Assembly: GCA_027923505.1 (NCBI GenBank)
Contig: BROI01000017.1
Span: 62,001-126,000, forward strand
DNA from: Mayamaea pseudoterrestris
Taxonomy: Eukaryota
Length of the DNA: 64,000 nucleotides
Direction of reading: 5' to 3'
Shown: one piece after another, positions 32,680 to 44,000 of the stretch
Layout of the letters: each line of letters begins with the position of its first letter
Numbering within the stretch: position 1 is the stretch's first letter
Position numbers and translations under genes: made by a program
The notes under the pieces: model-generated
What the model was told of the DNA's origin: nothing
What the model saw: only the letters and a program-made list of their open reading frames with translations
Database searches by the model: none

Positions 32680-35600
32680 GATGGAGGGACGCCAGTGATT
32701 GATAACACCTATAGCACCATGTCTCATGCTTATAGTACTTGTTTTTCGTTATCCTCTATCACTGGTCCTCCCGCCAATCCTACTTTTACCCTCATAGCTG
32801 ACAGTGGCGCCTCTGCCCACTTTGTCACCGTTAGCGCTCCCATCTTAAACAAGATTGCTACGACACACCCACTTGCAATTCAAACTCCCAACGGCACCCT
32901 CATGCATTCAACTCATGAGGCAACGCTCAACATTCCCGGTCTTCCCGAGTCGGCCACTAAAGCTCATATTGTCCCTGCTTTATCTACTCACTCCCTCCTT
33001 TCCCTCGGCACACTTTGTGATGCAGGCTGCCTCGTCTCCCTTGACAAGGAGCGAGTCCTCGTGCATTATAAAGAAGCGCTCGTCCTGAGTGGCGCTCGGT
33101 GTCCGGCCACTGGACTCTGGCAAATGGAGCTCCCTGCGCCATTGCCACAGAGCGCGCTTACTACCATTGGCGATCCCAAGTTGCCTGAGCTCATCACATT
33201 CTATCATGCCGCCCTTGGCTCGCCCAGTCTCCGCACCCTTGAGACTGCGCTCACTAAAGGGTTGCTACCCCACTTCCCTGGCCTAACAGCCAGCAACCTA
33301 CGCAAGCATCCGCCCGTCTCCTTTGCCATGCATAAAGGCCACATGAAAGCCCTACGCCAAGGCCTCCGTTCCACCAAGACACCAACTACAACAACAAACG
33401 CAGACGATGACGACGACGGCGACGTTTTCTTTCCTCTACAAGAAGGAACCGTTGCGACGCGCCACCACTGCTACGCCTCCTTTTTCAAGCCTACTGGTCA
33501 AATTTATACTGATCAAACTGGCAAAGTGTTTAATCCCTCGCTCAACGGGAATCAATACATCATGGTTCTATATGATTACGACAGCAATTATATCTGGCTC
33601 GAACCATTCAAAACTCGCAACGCCACCTGCATTCTCGAGGCCTACAAATCCCTTCTTAAACGCCTCACTCGCGCTGGTCTCCAACCCCAGCTCCAGCGTC
33701 TTGATAACGAATGCTCCCAGCTTTTAAAAGACTACATGCACGACCAAAAGATTGATTTCCAGCTGGTCGGTCATGGATTGCACCGCCGCAACCTCGCGGA
33801 ACGAGCCATTGGCACGTTTGAAAACCATTTTGTTGCTATCCTCTGCGGCATTGACAAAGCTTTTCCTCTCCATTTGTGGGATAAACTCATTCCCCAGACT
33901 GAAATCACACTCAATATGTGCCGCGGCTCTCGCATCAATCCCAAGCTGTCTGCCTACACGCTAGTGCATGGACTCTTCGACCTCAACCGCACGCCTCTGG
34001 CCCCTATCGGCATCCGTGTCCTTGCTCATGTTCCTACTGAAGACCGTGGATCCTTTGAGCCTCGCGCACTTGATGGTTGGTATCTCGGTCCTGCGCTTGA
34101 CTCGTACCGAGGCCATCGCGTGTGGATTTGGAAGACGAACGCCGAACGGACATGCCATCAAGTCACATGGCTGCCTCCGCCTGCCATTCCAATGCCTCTC
34201 TCTACGCCTGATTCACGCATACATGCGGCATTGGAAGACCTCAAACTCGCCATCGCCTCCACTGATCCACCGGCATCCCTCACACCGACTACCGACAGTC
34301 GCGTCCGTGCTCTTGCCGACCTCATCGCTCTCTACCAACCTCCTGCTGCCGACCCTGCGCCACTTCTGAGGGTGGACAACCCGCCAACTGTCTCTCCACC
34401 GCCTGGGTTTGCGCCACAAATGAGGGTGCCGACTGACAAGGCCCTCCCCTCTCCGGCGGCCCTCCCCTCTCCGGCAAGCGCACCTACTCGTGTCACCGAT
34501 ACGACACCTGCCACGCCGCTCGGTTCGCCACCAACGCCAACCCCTTCGCCAGTCCCCACGCCTGACGTGCCGCCCGCCGCACCGCCGCCCGTTGACGCGC
34601 CAACCTCGCCTGCTGTCACCTATGATGACGTCACGGGCCCACGCCGCCGCCGCCGCAAGACCAAGAAACCCGACGCCGATCCTCCCCTCCACGATGAGCC
34701 CTCCGCTCACGCTGATGGATTGCCGTCCATTTCCCCCCATCAAGCTCGCCGCAATGAACAACTCGCTCTTAAACGAGTCCGTTTTCTCCGTCCTTCCCCT
34801 TTGTCTCCTCATCCTAAACGCCCCAGCCGACTCTCCATCTTTCCTACCCAGCCAAAGCAACGTCCCATCACGGACTTCGTCCGCTCCACACCCCGGGGCA
34901 AGGCAATGACGGCGCTTCGCGAATTCAACCTTGGCGTCGCAAAATGGACTGACATTGAAACAACTTGCAACCGACTCGGCTTCGCCTACCTTGGCAGCGC
35001 CATCAATCCCGATACTGGCCGTGTGGCTGAAATTCGCGAACTGCTCGAATGCAGCGAAGGCAACGAGTGGGAAGCCTCCATGATTGATGAACTTGCGCGC
35101 CTCAGCCAAGGCTACAACGACATCAAAGGCACCGATACGCTACGCTTCATCCACTATCGCGACGTACCCGACGACAAGATCCCTACGTATGCCCGCATCG
35201 TCTCCGCCTGGCGCCCCGAGAAGGAGAATCCTCGGCGTGTCCGCATCACCGTCGGCGGCGATCGCATCAACTATCCTGGCGCCACTGCTACTAAAGCCGC
35301 CGACTTGACCACCGTTAAAGTGCTCCTCAACTCGGTTATCTCTACACCTGGCGCGCGATTCGCTACAATCGACATCAAGGACTTCTATCTGAACACGCCC
35401 ATGGAAACGAAGGAATACATGCGCATCTCGCTCAACCTCATTCCCGACGCCTTTCGCCTGCTCTACGATCTCGATTCCAAAGCTCACAACGGCTACATCT
35501 ACACTGAAATCTCAAAGGGCATGTACGGTCTCCCTCAAGCTGGCCGCTTGGCACATGACTTGCTCGTCAAGCGCCTCGCTGCTCATGGTTACTCGCCCGC

Positions 35601-36732
35601 GCCGCTCACGCCGGGTTTCTGGCGCCACAAAACGCGACCCATCTGCTTCTCGCTCGTTGTTGACGACTTTGGCATTAAATATACTGATAACGCCGATCTG
35701 GATCACCTGCTGGCCGCTCTCCAAGCCACTTACAAAGTCAGTCTGGATCTCACTGGCGCCCGCTACTGTGGCCTCACCATTGACTGGGACTACCCGCACG
35801 GCACGTGTGATATCTCCATGCCCGGCTACATTGAAAGAGCACTCGAACGTTTCCAACATCAAATGCCTGCAAAGCCCCAGCACTCGCCCCACGCCTGGCT
35901 CAAACCCGTCTACGGCGCCAAGCAACAATTTGCTCCGGCGCCCGACGACACTGCTACTGTCAATAAAGCTGACGCTACACGCGTTCAAGAGGTGATGGGC
36001 GTCCTGCTTTATTACGCGCGCGCCGTTGATTCAACACTACTCAAAGCGCTCAACGAAATTGCCTCTAAACAAGCCGCCCCAACTCACAAAACAATGCTCG
36101 CCTTCCTACAAGTCCTCGATTACTGCGCCTCAAACCCCAATGCCATTGTGCGTTTCACTGCCAGCGAAATGTGTTTGTGGCAACATAGCGACGCCTCCTA
36201 TCTCTCTGCCGCCAAAGCTCGCTCGTGCGCTGGTGGTTTCCATTTTCTAAGCAGCTGGCCCGAGTCCCCTCTTGGCCCCACTAGCAAAGCTCCACCTCAC
36301 AACGGCGCTATCAACGTACTTTGTCAAATCATGAAGGAGGTCCTCTCTAGCGCCGCCGAGGCAGAACTCGGAGCGCTCTTCCATAACGCCAAAGAAGCTT
36401 GTCCCATTCGTCATCTACTAGAAGAATTGGGGCATCCTCAACCAGCTACACCGCTACAAACTGACAACGTCACTGCCGCTGGCATTGCCAACGACACTGT
36501 TAAACAAAAACGCTCCAAAGCTATTGACATGCGATTCTACTGGCTACGCGACCGCGTCGACCAAAATCAATTCCAAATCTATTGGAGCAAGGGAGCTGGA
36601 AACCTTGCCGACTACTTTACTAAGCATCATCCTGCTTCCCACCATCAAGATATCCGCTCTGTTTACCTGCACGACGGCCTCGCCTCTCCGAATTACTTCG
36701 AACGCCTCGCTGCCGCTACAGAGCCTGTCTAA
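32680..36732 (+). CDS. pol: Retrotransposon Pol (protease, integrase, RT, RNase H), in frame with gag
   Basis: LIADSGAS protease; YTDQTG/LDNE/AERAI integrase; DIKDFYL, GMYGLPQAG and VVDDF RT; HSDASY/EAELGAL/TDN RNase H. Uninterrupted. Confidence 0.96.
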   Translation, partial: DGGTPVIDNTYSTMSHAYSTCFSLSSITGPPANPTFTLIADSGASAHFVTVSAPILNKIATTHPLAIQTPNGTLMHSTHEATLNIPGLPESATKAHIVPALSTHSLLSLGTLCDAGCLVSLDKERVLVHYKEALVLSGARCPATGLWQMELPAPLPQSALTTIGDPKLPELITFYHAALGSPSLRTLETALTKGLLPHFPGLTASNLRKHPPVSFAMHKGHMKALRQGLRSTKTPTTTTNADDDDDGDVFFPLQEGTVATRHHCYASFFKPTGQIYTDQTGKVFNPSLNGNQYIMVLYDYDSNYIWLEPFKTRNATCILEAYKSLLKRLTRAGLQPQLQRLDNECSQLLKDYMHDQKIDFQLVGHGLHRRNLAERAIGTFENHFVAILCGIDKAFPLHLWDKLIPQTEITLNMCRGSRINPKLSAYTLVHGLFDLNRTPLAPIGIRVLAHVPTEDRGSFEPRALDGWYLGPALDSYRGHRVWIWKTNAERTCHQVTWLPPPAIPMPLSTPDSRIHAALEDLKLAIASTDPPASLTPTTDSRVRALADLIALYQPPAADPAPLLRVDNPPTVSPPPGFAPQMRVPTDKALPSPAALPSPASAPTRVTDTTPATPLGSPPTPTPSPVPTPDVPPAAPPPVDAPTSPAVTYDDVTGPRRRRRKTKKPDADPPLHDEPSAHADGLPSISPHQARRNEQLALKRVRFLRPSPLSPHPKRPSRLSIFPTQPKQRPITDFVRSTPRGKAMTALREFNLGVAKWTDIETTCNRLGFAYLGSAINPDTGRVAEIRELLECSEGNEWEASMIDELARLSQGYNDIKGTDTLRFIHYRDVPDDKIPTYARIVSAWRPEKENPRRVRITVGGDRINYPGATATKAADLTTVKVLLNSVISTPGARFATIDIKDFYLNTPMETKEYMRISLNLIPDAFRLLYDLDSKAHNGYIYTEISKGMYGLPQAGRLAHDLLVKRLAAHGYSPAPLTPGFWRHKTRPICFSLVVDDFGIKYTDNADLDHLLAALQATYKVSLDLTGARYCGLTIDWDYPHGTCDISMPGYIERALERFQHQMPAKPQHSPHAWLKPVYGAKQQFAPAPDDTATVNKADATRVQEVMGVLLYYARAVDSTLLKALNEIASKQAAPTHKTMLAFLQVLDYCASNPNAIVRFTASEMCLWQHSDASYLSAAKARSCAGGFHFLSSWPESPLGPTSKAPPHNGAINVLCQIMKEVLSSAAEAELGALFHNAKEACPIRHLLEELGHPQPATPLQTDNVTAAGIANDTVKQKRSKAIDMRFYWLRDRVDQNQFQIYWSKGAGNLADYFTKHHPASHHQDIRSVYLHDGLASPNYFERLAAATEPV

Positions 36733-36761
36733 CTTTCTTCTCATGGATTGTGGTGAGGGTG

Positions 36762-36956
36762 TGTTGTGAATACGCACTCGCCATGACTCATTAATATCCC
36801 ATTCTGTCCACCATCCATTCCATCGCTTCGCTCTCAGCCACTCGATTAGCAAGAGTCTCCTGGCGCTTACCGCCATGAGCTCATAATGTAACAATTCAAC
36901 GTTATTGAACTAGTTTGCTTCGAGTGTCTGCTGTAGTACCTTGCGGCCCTTCAACA
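36762..36956 (+). repeat. 3' LTR
   Basis: Identical by eye to 31256-31450. Confidence 0.97.
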
Positions 36957-37199
36957 CCATTGATATGATTGGATGAATGGTACGTCACAAATGACCTTGC
37001 CGTGACTGTTGCCGCCACCACGATTTGAGTCGCCATGGCTGCCGGCGGCTGCTATTCCGCGGCTTCCGCAGACGATGAACATTACTTATCAACAAAAGCA
37101 ACTGTCTCTTTCATGCATCGTCTCAGAGAAAATACGGCACTGCCTCGGAACCCGAATCACAAGCAACAAACGTTGAAGTCTTTGCTTGCACCTTGTGCT

Positions 37200-37918
37200 C
37201 GTCGCCTTTGCTATTCTTGCCTGACTTGACCAAGATGCAAGTCCAATACCAACATCAATAGCTCTTTGAGCATCTTGTAACGCGTCGTCACCAGTCACGA
37301 CCGTTTCAGAGGCGTCATTACCATTCAAAGTGCGCTGTCAAAAAAGGTCTCGACGTGGCTTGCCCATGACGATCGCCGCTCGATGCATGGCCATTTCCAA
37401 GCCGGTCACAAACGGTCCTGACCCAAGACTAAGCATTTGTTTGGCGTCGCGATGATACTTGGCCATGCCAATGGCAATCAATGGCCGCTCTGGATGCCGC
37501 ATGTGAATTTGAAACGTCTTGTTCATGCGCTATTAATTACATACAGTCGGAGCGAGCCCAACGACAACGGCGTCATGCGGTGGTTCGAGGGGGATTTTGG
37601 CGGCTTTACAGTCACGAGTGACTTCCGTGATCCCTCTTTAATAGATAGTTGCGAGTTGCCAAGACGCTCGTGATGAGCATATCGTCCAAGCTGTCTGCGC
37701 CGCTTTGATTGACGACTCCGAATTCTGCGAGTCGCTTCCAAATGGCTTGCGATGAGTGCGTTTAGGTATTTGTCAGGAGTGGACTTGCTAATCTGCTTCT
37801 CGATGTCTCTGATAGCTTGTGCGGCTCCGTCAATGACCGTCGTGTCAGTATAAAGCGTCCCCGACAAGGCAAGGAGGACGGCTTTGAGACTTGAATCCTT
37901 GAATGCCTGTGATGGCAT
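37200..37918 (-). pseudogene. HDHD2/LHPP-like HAD class IIA hydrolase pseudogene
   Basis: LKAVLLALSGTL (catalytic Asp replaced by Ala), VVVGLAP, PLIAIGMAKY..LSLGSGPFVTGLE..VMGKP and GDD, split over three ORFs by stops and frameshifts. Confidence 0.8.
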
Positions 37919-38192
37919 GGCGCAATAGGCGCAGCTACTTAAAAGCTCTGGTAAAGGATTTCCTATTTACGCTTCTTTGGCTGTATGGTTTCTGACTGCG
38001 ACTGGAACATAAGGCTCCGCAATCCTTTAGCGCGGCAGCAGCGTCGCTTTTCCTTTTCCCATGGTGACGCAATCGAATTTCCTCACGATCGGTACCGGTC
38101 CGACTTTTTATGGTTCGCCCGGCGCGCGAGTGACATCATCGCCGCCTCAACCTCACAAATTGTTGGCACACTTCATCCATTTTTCTTCCTCT

Positions 38193-39110
38193 ATGACCAA
38201 GTTTACCATGCAGGCACGTACCGGTACGGTTTCAAGGCTATGTCTCCTGATATGGACGTCTTTACTATTACACGTACAGAGTCGCGGGATTCCTTGGTTT
38301 TCGTCGAGCGAGCCGCGGGGAGGAGCATCCGAAGCTGCTGCCTCGTGCCCCAGCAAGACGACGACTCGCCCCGAGCGCGGCTACAAACTCTCCAACCCGA
38401 TCCAACCTGACGAACTTTACAATGCCTGGAAAACCATTCAAAATGACTATTACGAAAAGGCTTTCAAGAATCCTGATTGGAAAGTTTTAAACGCCAAGAA
38501 TGGCGTCGAGGTGAGCATGCTCACGCACCCCACCGATCCGGCATGTCCCTACGTAAAAATGACGTACGACATGCCACTCTCGGTTCAAGATTGCTGGGAC
38601 TTTCTATTGCTGGACAAGTGGGACAAGAACATGCCAAAGATGGATCCCTTTTACGAAGGCGTTTCAATCCACGGCGAGTACAATGTAACAGGCACAAACA
38701 TGTTGCTTTGTCGCAAACGAACCAAGCGACTCATGGCCTTTGGCAAGCGCGACTTGGTCTTCTTGAGTGTCACGGAGGAACCGCTCGAGGATGGTACGTG
38801 GGTGTCGGGGTCGTTTTCAGTGGAAACGCCAGTGGTGCCGCGCGACAAGAGCTACACGCGGGCCTTTCAAGATTCACTTGCGTTTTACAAGCCTATTGAA
38901 AACAACAAAAAGTGCGCACTCACCATCATGTGTCGGATTGACTTGAATGACTCAAGCGAGGAGGGAGCTGGTGGCTCCGTTCCAATGTGGCTTTACGTAA
39001 AGACTATTGGACGAACCGGTGTCATGTCTGTATTGAAGATGCGGGATGCAATACTGGATGATTTAAAGGAGCGAACGAGTGCAGTGACAGGGAAGACTGT
39101 AGTTCAATAA
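38193..39110 (+). CDS. START/SRPBCC lipid-binding domain protein with probable signal peptide
   Basis: WKVLNAKNGVEVS, WDKNMPKMDPFY, FGKRDLVFL, YTRAF, CRIDL..GGSVPMWL. Start uncertain (38193 or 38208). Confidence 0.75.
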   Translation: MTKFTMQARTGTVSRLCLLIWTSLLLHVQSRGIPWFSSSEPRGGASEAAASCPSKTTTRPERGYKLSNPIQPDELYNAWKTIQNDYYEKAFKNPDWKVLNAKNGVEVSMLTHPTDPACPYVKMTYDMPLSVQDCWDFLLLDKWDKNMPKMDPFYEGVSIHGEYNVTGTNMLLCRKRTKRLMAFGKRDLVFLSVTEEPLEDGTWVSGSFSVETPVVPRDKSYTRAFQDSLAFYKPIENNKKCALTIMCRIDLNDSSEEGAGGSVPMWLYVKTIGRTGVMSVLKMRDAILDDLKERTSAVTGKTVVQ

Positions 39111-39539
39111 AGAATGTAGAGGGACTGGGTCAACCTTGTATTGGCTTGCTATTAGTCGTGTCATTTGCTACTGCATGCTTCCCACGGTGTTGGCTGAATA
39201 CATAGCTACTTTCTGTCTATCTCATTGTATTATGATTTTGTTGCCAAAGTTTGTTTGCAGTTCTACCTCAAACTGCGTTGCACCAATAGGTGCCCAATGA
39301 TGTGGCCTACCTGTAGAAGACAGAGAGAGTTAAGAAACATCTTTATTTATACTCCTATCCCGAAAACCGTCTCCCCACCTGTAGTGACAAGCGATAATTG
39401 ATAGATTCACAGATGTATGTGGGACATTTGTCAAGTCTAAACCCCGCGTGACTGATCAATATATTCCTTAACCTACTCATTCCCTGGACTAAAGAATAAT
39501 TGCATGTCCTGGTTGCTTTCTTTATTCTGAAATGAGTTA

Positions 39540-40238
39540 TGACAGCCACCGACTGTGGACAAGCCTGGGGACACGAAATTCTGGCGGTCCTAGAGGCAGA
39601 ACTTGGAGACTACACGGACTGGAGATGAATGCATTGCACTTTCATCTTCATGAAACAATGCCTGTCAACTGCCAGCTATCAGTTTATACCTCTCTGGCCA
39701 TTGGAGTGGGTCATCATGGCAGCCAGCTACTGTGGACAAGCCTGGGGACACAAAATTCTGGTGGTCCTACAGGCAGAACTTGGAGACAAGATGGGGTAGT
39801 GATGAATGTATTGCACTTTTGACACCTTGAAACAATGCCTGTCAACTGCCAGCTATCAATTTATACCTCTCTGGCTGCTGGAGTGGGTCATGGCAGCCAG
39901 CTACTGTGGACAAGCCTGGGACCGCAAATTCTGGCAGTCCCTGTTGCAGAACTTGGAGACTACATGGGGTAGTGATGATTGCATTGCACTTTTGACATCA
40001 TGAAACAATGCCTGTCAACTGTTAGCTATCAATTTATACCTCTCTGGCTGTTGGAGTGGGTTATGGCAGCTAGCTACTGTCGACAAGCCTGGGGCCTTAA
40101 AATACAGGCAGTCCTACTGGCATATCTTGGAGACTAGATGGGCTAGTGATGAATGCATTGCACTTTCTACATCATGAAACAATGCCTGTCAACTGCCAGC
40201 TATCAATTTATATATCTCTGGCTGTAAGAGTGGGTTCA
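39540..40238. repeat. Second satellite-like array, ~4 diverged copies of a 173-177-bp unit
   Basis: TGTGGACAAGCCTGGG starts at 39554, 39731, 39905 and 40078 (variant); GAAACAATGCCTGTCAACTG recurs four times. Confidence 0.93.
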
Positions 40239-41013
40239 GCTGCTGTAAACAAACCCACCATTCTTACGCAAAATAGTTTCAAAGCATAGCCTGAAAGACT
40301 CCAGTAGGTAGTGGTCAACATCATATGCTAAATAGCTCCATGATTTGACTGTACAAGCATCTGCCCTCACATGCATCATTCCAGGCTACAAATGAGCTAG
40401 ACATAATTCAGGTGCACCACTCTCACCGCAAACTGCCTTAGTGCCAAGCAGCGGGTAGTGTTTAAAGGCCGCACATGAATGCACCATGGAGCTGCCAGTA
40501 GTGTCTGTGTCTACTAATACAGCCAGCTAACGTTTGCGCCAAACGCTTGCATTCATCGCAGCGCCATTGCTTGCACCAGGCGCGCCGCGAATGTGAGTCG
40601 TTCATGAAAACGAATGCTACCGAACCCCGACTTCTCAATTATTGTGACGTCATTACTCTTTGGCGATCCTTAGTACACAAATGGGGACGTCGATCTCTTT
40701 GTTTTGAAACGCTCCAGAGTGATTGGATCTCGTGCCGCGCAGACTGCATGAACCAAGAGCCTGCCTTCCTGCTTGAGCCGAAGATGCATCTTCACCAAAC
40801 AATCTACGAGTACCTTTGCGTTGCCTTGCTTCTTAGTATACGTCAGAAAAAAGCTACTAATTGAATTCATGGAGAAGCTTTTGCTTGTTTTGTGCAAGTC
40901 TTGGCGTAAGAAAAGAGGCGCAGCATCGCATCTCCAATCTTGAAAACGGACGGACTTGACCCTCTCCTGCTGCTTGCTGACTGGATTGTCTCTTCCGTTT
41001 CGTCAAAAAAATC

Positions 41014-44000
41014 ATGTCGTCAACGATTCGTCCCATGGATGAGTCGTCCGTCCAGCGAATTGTGGCTGGACAGGCCGTGACAGACTTGGCGAGCGCCGTG
41101 AAGGAGCTGGTGGACAACGCGCTTGATGCGGGCGCGACTGTCATCAACAGTGAGTATTCTTTACTGATGCTATAATGGTTCGAACAAATCGCTCACTTCT
41201 GCACTATATCATTGATAATGTCTCTCTTTATCATTGCAGTCCGCCTGTTTGATCAAGGCGCTTCCATTGTGGAAGTTTCCGACGACGGCTGCGGAATTCC
41301 GCCAGAGAGTCGCACCCTCATTTGCACCCCGCACTCCACCTCCAAGCTACTTGCATCTGCATCTAGCAGCAACGACGCGAGCAACATGCTAGACAATGTC
41401 ACGACGCTTGGCTTTCGCGGCGAAGCTCTCTTTTCACTAGCAAACTTGTCAAAGACGGTAATGGTGGCGACGCGAACGGCCGACGAGGAGCTTGCCACCA
41501 AATTAGAGTTTCAATCAGACGGAAGCGTGCGGCCAAATTCAACCATGGAAATTCCAAAGAAAGTTGGAACGACAGTTGCAGTCGTGAAACTCTTTGATAG
41601 TATTCCCGTGCGGCGACATGATTTCGTCAAGCGACTGAATGCGCAACGCACAAAGTTACTGCGGCGCATGGAAGCCTACCTGGTGTTTGCTGCGGGCGTT
41701 TCCATGCATTTGATGGACATGGTCGGTACCGACTACTTTACGAGTACGGAGCGGACTCTATTGCAGACAACGAATGCCAGCAAGACGCTGGCCGATAGTG
41801 TTTCAAGCGTGCTTGGTCCAAAAGTCGTTGCGTCGCTTTGTAAAATCGTAGTGGACTTGTCGAGTGCATGGAACGAGACTGCAACTGTGGCCACTGCATC
41901 ACAGCAAGAGTCGCCTCCATGTTGCGTCGAAGGCTTGGTATCACACGCGCATTCCTCCAAGAAATGCAGCGGTGTGCGGGAGCGGCAGCTGTTTGCGATT
42001 AATCGACGGCCAGTTGACATGCCCAAGATCTCCAAGCGACTGAACCTCCTGTGGAAGACCATGATGGGATCAACATCGGGCAACAATGCGGCAAAGCCGT
42101 TCGTAATATTAAACTTTACGTTGCCGCCGTCAGCCTACGATGTCAACTTGGAACCAGACAAGCGCAAGGTCGTCTTGGAGCATGAGGAGTGTATTTTGAA
42201 TCTGATTCAAGAGCATGTTGCACGACAATGGAGTGAGCAAACGGATGGCAAGTTTTCAGCTGGTCTGCATAAGAGCAATGCGATTGCTAATACAATGCTT
42301 GGCGCTACAACGACTACTACTGCCGGCAGACTCAACGACGACGATGGGGCGGAGCAATCCGAGTCGGACAATGACGACAATGAAGAGGTTGCCCAAGTCT
42401 TCGGCGACACATCAAGCCCGAGTCGCTTCACTCGCCGGTACGCCTTTGTCAATGACGTTCGACGAATGAGGTTGCAGCACCAATACGATGATGGACGAGC
42501 AACTTCCACTCCAGAGCAAGAGGAGGCTCGTAAGAAGGAGGTCATGGCGGAAATGGCTGACGATGCAGATGACTCGAGTGACGACGAGGTCATTCCAAAG
42601 CTGGCTCTTCGACCAGCTCATGAGCAAGAGTTTTTTGATGATGAAATTGAAGAAGCCGCAATCAACGCTGTCAGTGCTGGTCTGACTGGAATTGCTCATA
42701 TCACGCCACACGCTGACGAACACAAGGGAGGCGAGGCGCTTGATGATATTCGTAATGGTTCCGTAGCTCCAGTGTTTGCCTCAGCTTTACATAGACGGAT
42801 GCTTCCAAGTGAGACGAGGCGATCGGGAATTCTGCAGCGATCAGGTGAGACGGCTGTGGAGCGTGTCGGTATGATGACGAATTCGTTTGATCGTTATCGG
42901 AATGGCGCACATGAAGTTGGAGGTTCGCAGGCTGGCTTGGATCGTTATGGATTCGCATCTATGCGTAGTAGCTCCCAGACTGTATCAGTCCAGTCTTTGG
43001 AAGAAGTTGAACAACTTACATTCAAACGTAACTCCGATGCGTCGATGCCTGATTTACACTTCAAGCGTCAACGGAGGTCAGCTTTGCATTCAACGTCACA
43101 TTTGGGCGTTGTAACTAAAACGGCTGTAACAACTGGCGATGGCGGGGATGAAGTGAAAGCAGAGCAACGTCGCGTATCGCTCGATCGCTGCCGGAGCCCT
43201 CCCTCGTCGGCCGATGACGATGAACAAGAAGATGGCGACGATGACGACGATGATGTCACTCAACCTGCACTGCCGACGCAAGATCATCCACAGCGCGAGG
43301 CTTTATCAATTGTTTTCGATGCGTTTACTGGGACGGGCGACGCCGTTTTGATGTCGCGTCGGGAACGGTTAGCATTGCGTGATCGTAGACTACGGTACGA
43401 GAACTCGGCTGTGTCGCTTGATATTCCAGAGGTGCAGACTGACATTATCAGTCTCTCAAAGGAAGACTTTAGCTCCATGCGTGTCATTGGTCAATTCAAT
43501 TTGGGCTTTATACTCGCCGTGAGCCAAGACTGCAATTTATGGATCTTGGATCAGCACGCATGCGATGAAAAGTTCAACTTTGAAAAGCTTATGGCCGAGA
43601 CGATCATTTCCGAGCAGCGCCTCATTTCGCCCATGCCACTGGAGCTTATGCCTGCCGAGGAGTCATGCATCATGGACAATATGGAGATTTTCGAGAAGAA
43701 TGGGTTTCGATTCAAGGTGGATTGGGACAAGCAACCGCGCCATCGATTGTCACTGACGGCGCTTCCACACAGCGGCGCGCCCGACGGACGCAAGGCTGTT
43801 CAGTTTGGAAAGGAGGATGTATCCGCGCTCTGTCATATTTTGGGCGTTGACGAGTCGTCAGCGTCACACGATGGAGCTGCCGGAACTGGAACTGGAGCGG
43901 ATGGCAATGGATTGTACGGCAACAATGCTGTTCGCCGGTACACTAGTGGATCAAGAGGCATTGATCCAGCGGAAAAGGTTATAGTTCGCTTACCAAAAGC

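Larger units (their letters stand above)
31256..36956 (+). mobile_element. Full-length Ty1/copia LTR retrotransposon (diatom CoDi-like)
   Basis: 195-bp LTRs with TGTTG...CAACA ends, CCATT target-site duplication (31251-31255, 36957-36961), gag-PR-IN-RT-RH order, purine-rich tract GGTGAGGGTG abutting the 3' LTR. Confidence 0.98.

Noticed and set aside
32677..32775. Selenocysteine insertion at the gag UGA
   Set aside because: No evident SECIS core in the stem, eukaryotic SECIS elements act from the 3' UTR, and the position is an unstructured linker. Ordinary readthrough is simpler.
39540..40238. Box C/D snoRNA cluster (GTGATGA in several units)
   Set aside because: No matching CTGA box D or terminal stem per unit; the pattern fits a decaying tandem repeat.
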